This document shows positions 56,675 through 64,000 of a stretch of 64,000 nucleotides of DNA, one piece after another. The notes beneath the pieces are model-generated. The model had not been told where the DNA came from. It worked only from the letters and a program-made list of their open reading frames with translations, and did not search any database. The position numbers were made by a program, and so were the translations under genes. Each line of letters starts with the position of its first letter. Position 1 is the first letter of the stretch. The DNA lies in the IMG/VR virus record IMGVR_UViG_3300021399_000113, positions 74,607 to 138,606 of that record, one strand, 5' to 3'. This DNA comes from a virus (lineage: Duplodnaviria; Caudoviricetes).

Positions 56675-57385
56675 ATGCAACTTGCCGATATAAGAGAAGA
56701 AATTAAACTTAAATTATTTGGCTATGTTCTTGAATCAGAAATAACTGATGAAACTATTGACGCTATTATCTTTAGTTGCATAAGGGAATTAAATAGATAT
56801 TATGATAATGTTATCTTAATGACTATTCCATTTACAAGATGCATAGATTTAACTGAATATAATGTGTCATCGGTTAAGGGTGTATATCGAGCAGAGGGCT
56901 TTGTAAGCACAAATGAAAAACAAGGTGGTGTTGTAGACCCTACACTAATGGCACAATACCAACTTCTTGGTAACGTTGGTAATATGGCTCGTTATAATGA
57001 TGCTATGTATGCTTATGCTTCATGGAATACTATGATGCAAATAAGAAATACATTATCCACTGATTTGGCTTTTAGATATGATAAGCAGTCAAATAAGTTG
57101 TATATCAATATAAGTGGTGGAGAGCCTACAACAATCACCATATCGTATATTCCTAAGTTAGTTAATCCAGAAGATATTACATCTGATTACTGGATTGATG
57201 TACTTGTACGATTATGTGTTGCGACCACAAAGATTACTTTGGGTAGAATAAGAACAAGATTTACTCAATCAAATGCTTTATGGACACAGGATGGTGAATT
57301 GATGATAAATGAAGGAACTCAAGAATTAAATGATTTAAGAACAACATTACAAGAGAACAATGATGTAAATTATATCATTGATTAA
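56675..57385 (+). CDS. Neck/head-tail adaptor protein (T4 gp13-like)
   Basis: I..KL......EITDE.I; W......A..K..LG.IR.RF...DGE....EG..E. Confidence 0.7.
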   Translation: MQLADIREEIKLKLFGYVLESEITDETIDAIIFSCIRELNRYYDNVILMTIPFTRCIDLTEYNVSSVKGVYRAEGFVSTNEKQGGVVDPTLMAQYQLLGNVGNMARYNDAMYAYASWNTMMQIRNTLSTDLAFRYDKQSNKLYINISGGEPTTITISYIPKLVNPEDITSDYWIDVLVRLCVATTKITLGRIRTRFTQSNALWTQDGELMINEGTQELNDLRTTLQENNDVNYIID

Positions 57386-57400
57386 CTAAAGGAGATAACA

Positions 57401-58747
57401 ATGTCAGATTTATTAAAAGATGCATTCAGAGAATTGGATTTTCTGACTGAAGACGTTTTTGATACATCATCTGATGGATTACAACAGTTACAAGATTTTA
57501 ATGATGAGGAAGAGGAATCTCCTATCACCATTATTGACATAGAGGCTGAAACAGAAGATGAACTCAAAGATTCTTATATTGGAAATGTAATTCTGGAATG
57601 TGCTGTATGCAAGACAAAGATTTACAAAGACCCTAAAGATGTGGTTGTTGATGAAGAAGAGGGTCTTGCTAATATGGACGAAGAGTGTCCTTATTGCTTT
57701 AACACATCTGGATATAAAGTAATTGGACAAGTAGCCCCTTACTCTGAGGTTGACGCTAAATCTACTGAAGAAGATACAGATGTTACTGTTGATGGTGACG
57801 AAGTAGAAGTAGAAGAAGAGGACAAGGAAAAGGTTGAGGAAGGATTACTTGACAGCCCAGTAGAAAAGATTTCTAAGGGAATTAAATCTGTTGCAAGCAA
57901 CCTCGGTCTTACTGATGAATTACAGACTGATGATGAAGATGAAGAAATCTTAACAGAGGATTTTGCTTCATTTGTTAATTGGTTAGGGGCACATAAAAAT
58001 CAACTTAATGCTGTAAAGAATTCTGCAAGCGGTATATTAAATATCGTGCACAAGGCATTAAAGGATGATAGTTTCAAGGACAATGAAAAGGTACAGAAAC
58101 TTATTGCTAAGTGGGATAAGGTAAAAGATTCTGCTCAGTTACTTGCTGATATTTTCAAGGTAGCAGATAGCAAGACAGTTACTGAATCATTTGATAATGT
58201 ATCTATTGATTTAGATGATGCTGAGATTTCTATTAAGTCTAAAACACCAGTAAATGATTTTGGTGGTGAACCCAAGGATGAAGTTATTAAACCAATATCC
58301 GATGAGTTAGAGGCTGAGATTTCAAACAATACAGAAGAAGATGAGGAAGATACTGAGGAAGTAGAAGAGCCTATTGAAGATTTCGATGAGGAAGAATTTG
58401 ATAGACTTGGAGAATCCTATCTTAAGAAAGTTTACGAAAACGTAAACTCATTTAAAACAACAAGTGTAAAAGAAAATCATAATAACCTCATTGTTGAAGG
58501 TATGATTAAATTTAAGTCTGGAAGTTCAAAGCCAACACGCTTTGTATTTACACCAGACACAATAACTTCTAAAGGTGCTGTGAGATTCTTAGGTGAAAAC
58601 CTTTCTATTGTTGATACAAGAACAAGAAAGACTAAACCATTTACCTTAACTGGTAAGTTAAATAAAGGTAAATTTATTGCAGAATCTTTAAATTATAATT
58701 ATGCAATTAAGGGTACTGACAATAAATATCACTATGTGAGAGGATAA
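57401..58747 (+). CDS. Acidic virion/core protein with Zn-ribbon and many LxE sites
   Basis: CAVC...CPYC; FLTED, ILTED, VTES, LGES. Confidence 0.6.
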   Translation: MSDLLKDAFRELDFLTEDVFDTSSDGLQQLQDFNDEEEESPITIIDIEAETEDELKDSYIGNVILECAVCKTKIYKDPKDVVVDEEEGLANMDEECPYCFNTSGYKVIGQVAPYSEVDAKSTEEDTDVTVDGDEVEVEEEDKEKVEEGLLDSPVEKISKGIKSVASNLGLTDELQTDDEDEEILTEDFASFVNWLGAHKNQLNAVKNSASGILNIVHKALKDDSFKDNEKVQKLIAKWDKVKDSAQLLADIFKVADSKTVTESFDNVSIDLDDAEISIKSKTPVNDFGGEPKDEVIKPISDELEAEISNNTEEDEEDTEEVEEPIEDFDEEEFDRLGESYLKKVYENVNSFKTTSVKENHNNLIVEGMIKFKSGSSKPTRFVFTPDTITSKGAVRFLGENLSIVDTRTRKTKPFTLTGKLNKGKFIAESLNYNYAIKGTDNKYHYVRG

Positions 58748-58752
58748 TATAG

Positions 58753-60345
58753 ATGCAGATTAAGAAATTAAATGAGGCTTTTACATCTATGTATAAAGCA
58801 GAGGATAACCTCACAGAAAACATTTTTGAAGCATTAGAAGCTATTAACGCTGATGAAGCTGATACTAAGGTGGCAGATACAGATTCTGAATCCCAAGCAC
58901 AGAAAGATGATAAGCTCACTGAAGAGCAACATCATAAAGAGACCGAAGAAGAGAAGAAAGATAACGATAATATTCGTTCAGCTCTTGCAAAGCGTCATAA
59001 GCGTGTTAATGCAAAACTCACTGATGAAGAAGAAACCGCAATGGACAAACATGGAGTTATAGATTCTGGTCATGGTTATGGTTCATATGTGGCTAAGGAT
59101 AATGTCAAATACCTTCCGCATGTCAAGGGTAACCATGATAAGATTAACTATGCACACAAGATTGCCACAGATAAGAGTGGGGAGCGTGGGTATGCTAAAT
59201 CCATCAATGATAACAGACGTTATACTAAACAAACTTTCCAAGATGCTGAAAGAGAGCTGGAAAATGAGTTTAATAAATACCCAGTAGAAAGGGCTAAGTA
59301 TTATACTGGTATTAGAAAAGGTGCACGTGACAATAAAGCTAAAGCTGAGGCAGAGTTTGATAATGCTGTACGTAGGGCTGTATCTAATCGTGACTTTTCT
59401 GTTAATCAAGCAAAAACAACCGAGGATAAAGCTACCAGAGAATTACGTGGTATCTTAAACAGAAGACGTGAAAGATTAGATAAGAAACGTGCAGAACGTG
59501 GAGAGCTTACTGAAGATAGACACCACAGGATAACTGATGATGAAAAGCGTGATAATGCCTTAATTCGTTCTGCTATGAGAAAACGTAAGGCTGAACAATC
59601 TAAAGAAGAGAAAGATGCTTTAGATAGAAACGGACTTTCAACTGACCGCAGAACTGGTTCTCTTTCCTATTATAAGGGTGGTAGAGAAAGAAGCGTTGGT
59701 GGTACAGACATGTATGATGACAAGGTAAATCTTGTTGACAAAGTAAGGACTGCCAAAAGTGCTGAAAGAGATTATGCAAGACATCTTATGGGTGATAAAA
59801 ACAGTAACTCATATACAAGAAAGTATAACCGTGATGCACTTGACAACTTCCAAGCAAGAGAGCGTAGAGTGCAGAACCAGAAATCTGAAGATAGAGCAAA
59901 CCTTGAATGGGCATTACATGATAGAAAGAGAGATACTGAACGTCTCAATGATGTAGATACTGATTTTGAGCGTGAAGTTAAGAACGCAGTAGAGCGTAGA
60001 GATAGGGCTAAGACTCGTTACAGCAAAGACATTGAGGCTGACAATCAAGACATAAGGGATATTCTTGGTAATAAGAAAGCAAAACTCAATGCTAAAAGAG
60101 GGGTAACTGAATCTAAGAAGGTAGATGAGAATAGACCCTCTGTATTTGAAGCGTATAAAAATGAGAGTGTAAAAAGGGCGCAAGCTCTTCATGAATCTAT
60201 TGCAAGAAGAAAGAGAGTTATTGAGTCTCTTAAAGAAAAGAGAGCAACAAAACATCTTACTGAAGCAGTAGCACCTAAGCACAGTAAGAAACCTCTTATT
60301 ACAGAGAGCGCTAAAATGCGTAGAAAACCCATCAAAAGAAAGTAA
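58753..60345 (+). CDS. Arg/Lys-rich protein with two tandem domain copies, each starting after LTE
   Basis: LTE|EQHHKETEEEKKDNDNIRSA versus LTE|DRHHRITDDEKRDNALIRSA. Confidence 0.65.
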   Translation: MQIKKLNEAFTSMYKAEDNLTENIFEALEAINADEADTKVADTDSESQAQKDDKLTEEQHHKETEEEKKDNDNIRSALAKRHKRVNAKLTDEEETAMDKHGVIDSGHGYGSYVAKDNVKYLPHVKGNHDKINYAHKIATDKSGERGYAKSINDNRRYTKQTFQDAERELENEFNKYPVERAKYYTGIRKGARDNKAKAEAEFDNAVRRAVSNRDFSVNQAKTTEDKATRELRGILNRRRERLDKKRAERGELTEDRHHRITDDEKRDNALIRSAMRKRKAEQSKEEKDALDRNGLSTDRRTGSLSYYKGGRERSVGGTDMYDDKVNLVDKVRTAKSAERDYARHLMGDKNSNSYTRKYNRDALDNFQARERRVQNQKSEDRANLEWALHDRKRDTERLNDVDTDFEREVKNAVERRDRAKTRYSKDIEADNQDIRDILGNKKAKLNAKRGVTESKKVDENRPSVFEAYKNESVKRAQALHESIARRKRVIESLKEKRATKHLTEAVAPKHSKKPLITESAKMRRKPIKRK

Positions 60346-60354
60346 TAAATAATA

Positions 60355-60855
60355 ATGGAACAGTACGGCATTTTATTAAATCAACATAATATAAAACTTA
60401 ATAGAATGTACTTCCAAGAAATGACAAGGCTTATTGGGGTACAAGTTATATATCGTGCCCCAAAAGCAAATTGTCATTGGACAACTTATGCAGAAATAGA
60501 AAGTAATTACCAAGCCCCAGAACTCTTAGGTGTTATTTATGAAGAACATCCTTCTCAGAATACATTAAAGAAGATAGGCTGGGTAAGTGAATTACAACCT
60601 AACTCTGTATTGATACATGTTCCTTATGATTTACATGATTTGCAGGCTGGTGCATTGTTTGTTCTTCCAAGTGGTATAGATACAGCCAAGGGAAGATTAT
60701 TCAAAGTAGTTACCATAAGTAACATTATGTTATATCCAGCATCCATACTTATAGAGTTAGTTCCAGAATATATTGATACAATGGATGTAACACAAGTGGA
60801 TGACTACAGAGAAACAAGTTTCAACCTATTAAGGGGTGAGGGGGATGATGAATGA
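60355..60855 (+). CDS. Putative head-closure/neck protein (gp14-like)
   Basis: F.E...L.G..V.Y motif and synteny. Confidence 0.5.
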   Translation: MEQYGILLNQHNIKLNRMYFQEMTRLIGVQVIYRAPKANCHWTTYAEIESNYQAPELLGVIYEEHPSQNTLKKIGWVSELQPNSVLIHVPYDLHDLQAGALFVLPSGIDTAKGRLFKVVTISNIMLYPASILIELVPEYIDTMDVTQVDDYRETSFNLLRGEGDDE

Positions 60856-61646
60856 GAGTATTACATGAGGCAGAAAAACATCCTATCACAGTAGACCCAA
60901 AGATAAAAGAGTTAAAAGGTGGTTTTGCATTTCCTAATAATTATGATGTATTAAGAGATGGAATTATAACACCTTATATACATAAGTATGGTGGAAAATA
61001 TACTGACCCTTTTATTAAATATCTACAGAGTTTACAATTCTCCTTAAAAGGTAAACTTCCTTATGTCAATTGGATAATGCAGAATGTATTAGCAAGTAAA
61101 TATTTGCCATCGTTCTTTTCTGCTAAGCCAGCACAAGACGAACAGTTATTTGATAATAACGATAGAGATTTTAAATACATAACAAATCTTATTTCTGTAT
61201 TATATGATAGGAATAAGGTTAAGGAATATGTAAGCGGTAACCCTACTCAATCAGAAATTAAAGACGTGTTTTATGATGGAGCTAATTTAAGGAAAGCAGG
61301 AATTAAATCAGAAGACCCTGACTCCATTTATCAAAAAGTAGAAGAGATTTCACAAAGTAAAGGTAGAACAAGTAATCTTTCTGATTTAGGTGAGCCTCAG
61401 TACAATGAGACTGTTGAAGATTGTGTTCAATACTTTATTGCTTTATGGAATGCTGAGATAGGTGAACCATTCAGTGATAGGAATGTAAAGGCAGTATTTA
61501 ACTCTTACAAGAATAATAAGCATGATAGAGTTCTTCAGCTTATGACAATCAATCTTAAGAAGTATGCTGAGATTAAACACATTAGTAAATTGGAAGACGC
61601 TCTTGACGCATTGATTAAAGACGTGAACTTTACATTAGCACAATGA
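60852..61646 (+). CDS. Hypothetical protein with MRVLHE leader
   Basis: ORF in the neck/tail operon. Confidence 0.6.
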   Translation: MRVLHEAEKHPITVDPKIKELKGGFAFPNNYDVLRDGIITPYIHKYGGKYTDPFIKYLQSLQFSLKGKLPYVNWIMQNVLASKYLPSFFSAKPAQDEQLFDNNDRDFKYITNLISVLYDRNKVKEYVSGNPTQSEIKDVFYDGANLRKAGIKSEDPDSIYQKVEEISQSKGRTSNLSDLGEPQYNETVEDCVQYFIALWNAEIGEPFSDRNVKAVFNSYKNNKHDRVLQLMTINLKKYAEIKHISKLEDALDALIKDVNFTLAQ

Positions 61647-62071
61647 ATAAATTAAGAATAGATAATAATCAAAAAATACCATATTCATTTGTTCAATATT
61701 TAAAATCAGAGTTATCTAAGATTATTAAAGTCAACATAGATGATAGTAAGATTAAACAGTTAGATATATATTTCAACGAATTGCTTAATGGTTATAATGC
61801 ATATTATACGACCAGACAAATCATTGAGATGGGGGCGAACAATTTAACTATTACCATTTTCCCACAATATTATCTTATTGGGATAAATGGTAATATGTTA
61901 CTTCCTCAGACAGACATCAAGTTATTAGATGCTTGTAAGCTAATCAATGATGGCAATGTGGAATTAAAAGGATTTCCAATATTTAATAATTGTATAAATT
62001 TTATATCAGATAATATAGATTACTTTTATTATAAGTGGAGTAAGCAGAATGTCAACCTATCTGTACGATGA
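61643..62071 (+). CDS. Hypothetical virion-associated protein
   Basis: LINDGN....G.P motif; synteny. Confidence 0.55.
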   Translation: MNKLRIDNNQKIPYSFVQYLKSELSKIIKVNIDDSKIKQLDIYFNELLNGYNAYYTTRQIIEMGANNLTITIFPQYYLIGINGNMLLPQTDIKLLDACKLINDGNVELKGFPIFNNCINFISDNIDYFYYKWSKQNVNLSVR

Positions 62072-62651
62072 GGCATTGTTAGAAAAATTAAATAACTGGA
62101 CTTCTGGACTTTCTGACATGCACATATATGGCACAGAGGAAACTCGTAGATTGTATGAGGTTGTTGCACAATCCACTGATGATGAACCCATAAGACTTCC
62201 TATGGTTTGTTTGAGAAGAAATAGCGGATTTGAGATATTAAGAACTGGTAAAGTTCCTATGGAATATATTGGTGTTACACTTGAGTCCGATACAGAGAAG
62301 TCAACAAAATTAAAGGCTATTCCAATAAACATTGAGTATCAATTAGATGTTTATTGTAAATTGTATAAAGAAGCAGATAGTTATTTAAGGGAGTTTATTT
62401 TCAACTTTATTAACTATCCAACGCTTAAAATAAAAATTCCGTATAACGATGCTAATTATATTCATAAGGCGAATATTAGAATTTCCGATAATGTAGAAGA
62501 TAATTCTGATATTCCTGAAAGATTGATTAAGGGGCAGTTTACAAGATTATCCCTCAGTCTGAATATAGATGACGCATATTTATGGGATGTTTCTAAGAAA
62601 CAAAATAAGTCTATATCTGATACGGATATAGAGATTGTAGAAGGAGTATAA
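62049..62651 (+). CDS. Tail completion/sheath stabiliser (gp15-like)
   Basis: LPM..L.R...IP.NI.YQLDVY; immediately upstream of the sheath gene. Confidence 0.6.
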   Translation: MSTYLYDEALLEKLNNWTSGLSDMHIYGTEETRRLYEVVAQSTDDEPIRLPMVCLRRNSGFEILRTGKVPMEYIGVTLESDTEKSTKLKAIPINIEYQLDVYCKLYKEADSYLREFIFNFINYPTLKIKIPYNDANYIHKANIRISDNVEDNSDIPERLIKGQFTRLSLSLNIDDAYLWDVSKKQNKSISDTDIEIVEGV

Positions 62652-62652
62652 A

Positions 62653-63978
62653 ATGCCAAGCATTAGAATTGGAGAGGTAGACAATACATTATCAGTTTCT
62701 GCTTTATCAGATACAGACGTTGTATATGTAGCTGGCTTTGTTACAATAGAAGATGGTAAGTATGATGCATCTACTATTGTAAATCCATATACACCAACTC
62801 TTTGTAAGACTATTGAGGAATTTGAAGCATTCTTTGGTACAGAGCCAGCAAAATTCCACACTATTCAGAATTACCAAGGATTTGCACAAAACGCAGTTCC
62901 TGTAGGTGTTCCTATGTTCGAACAAGGCGATGAAGACCTTTCATACATTTATGCTAAGGAGTTAATCGCTCGTGGTATCTCAGTAGTATATGAGAGAATT
63001 AATGCTCTCGATGCTTACCCATCGGTATCTGATATGTATGATGCTCTTGCTGGAACAGGACCTGTTGATGTATTCGAGAACTTAAAAGATAAAGGTGAAT
63101 ATACTGTTAAGTATTTAACTACTGGTGGTTATCCATCATTTGAGTATTATGGTGTATCTGAGGGTGGTAACATAATTGTTAATAAGATGTTATCTTGTGC
63201 AAGCGATAGAGGTGACTGTGTTGCTCTTATTGACCCTACTGATAATCCAGACAGAGTGTTAATCCCAAGTAACACAACTTCTGTTTACTACTCAGCAACA
63301 AATACAAACTCATCATATAAGATTGGTACGAATGGTAGCTATGGTGTAATTGCTAACCCTACATGGGTAAACGTTACTTGTGATATAAATGGTACATCAG
63401 AATCAATGCCACCTTCATATTGTTACTTAACAGCTCTTGCTAAATCTATTCAAGATGGTAACCCTAACTTCTTATCCATTGCTGGTGTAAGTCGTGGATT
63501 TATCCCTAACTTTATTTCATTACATACAAATAAAGTTCTTACAAATGCCATTGCAAATGGATATGAAACAGATACTGGAATTAGTATCAATGCTGTTACT
63601 AACATTAAGCCTTATGGTTACTGTTTCTGGGGTAATAGAACTCTGTTAAACAATGCCATTGCTGGTGATAAGACAGCGTTCTCTTTCCTTAATTTAAGAA
63701 ACCTTGTTTCTGATATTAAGAAAGTTGTTTATACGACAGCAAAGAGATACACATTTGAACAGAACACTGACGTATTGCAAGTTAACTTCCAAAACGCAGT
63801 AGAACCTACATTAAAGGCAATGAAGTCTGGTAATGGAATTAAGAATTATAGTTTCAAATTTAATAAGACTTCTGATAAAACGAAGTTATCTGTAACAATT
63901 AAGATTATTCCTATTTATGCAGTTGAAGATTTTGATATTTCAATTGTAATGGAAAATGAAGAAGTTACAGTAGCGTAA
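62653..63978 (+). CDS. Contractile tail sheath protein (gp18-like)
   Basis: MP.I.I.EVD; RGDC.A.ID; MPPS; IAG..RG; WGNRTL; LN.RNL; FEQN; I.P..A.E. Confidence 0.9.
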   Translation: MPSIRIGEVDNTLSVSALSDTDVVYVAGFVTIEDGKYDASTIVNPYTPTLCKTIEEFEAFFGTEPAKFHTIQNYQGFAQNAVPVGVPMFEQGDEDLSYIYAKELIARGISVVYERINALDAYPSVSDMYDALAGTGPVDVFENLKDKGEYTVKYLTTGGYPSFEYYGVSEGGNIIVNKMLSCASDRGDCVALIDPTDNPDRVLIPSNTTSVYYSATNTNSSYKIGTNGSYGVIANPTWVNVTCDINGTSESMPPSYCYLTALAKSIQDGNPNFLSIAGVSRGFIPNFISLHTNKVLTNAIANGYETDTGISINAVTNIKPYGYCFWGNRTLLNNAIAGDKTAFSFLNLRNLVSDIKKVVYTTAKRYTFEQNTDVLQVNFQNAVEPTLKAMKSGNGIKNYSFKFNKTSDKTKLSVTIKIIPIYAVEDFDISIVMENEEVTVA

Positions 63979-64000
63979 TATATAAAGGAGTGAAAGATAA

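Noticed and set aside
432-62925. Minus-strand ORFs throughout the track
   Set aside because: All overlap well-supported plus-strand genes and lack RBS or recognisable motifs; promoters and terminators all point to the plus strand.

Overview
This is a 64-kb, AT-rich, all-plus-strand segment of a large T4-like (gp23/gp21/gp20/gp18 architecture) tailed phage. Strong GGAGG ribosome-binding sites and consensus TTGACA-17-TATAAT promoters point to a Firmicutes host. Positions 1-24.9 kb are early/accessory genes: nucleotidyltransferase, ATP-dependent DNA ligase, phosphoesterase, amino-methyltransferase, about 40 small ORFs in promoter-led cassettes, DUF932, a guanylate-kinase-like protein, a papain-like peptidase, a ThyX-like protein, SprT, a Dda/RecD-like helicase and an HTH protein. 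A dense palindrome cluster at 24.9-25.0 kb is a candidate origin. Positions 25-64 kb are late/virion genes: terminase with a class-3 intein, portal, protease-scaffold fusion, a major capsid gene split by two GIY-YIG group I introns around a 37-nt micro-exon, neck genes and tail sheath. Highlights: (1) A large set of proteins share an N-terminal M-K-F/Y-x-L-x-E leader and internal L-x-E sites like the T4 gp21 cleavage site. They include four SAM-lyase-like domains, an Ocr-like protein and acidic DNA-mimic-like proteins, which suggests a protease-processed, capsid-packaged anti-restriction payload. (2) A phage-encoded CXXX-repeat radical SAM system (intein-split maturase) has a 457-aa target with about 89 repeat cysteines next to a tail-fibre-like gene. 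(3) A covarying RNA structure pairs with the Shine-Dalgarno of both intronic endonucleases. (4) CCNGG and GATC appear to be avoided, and I found no Pro-Gly dipeptide in the proteins I read. All calls come from motif recognition by eye; no searches were run.
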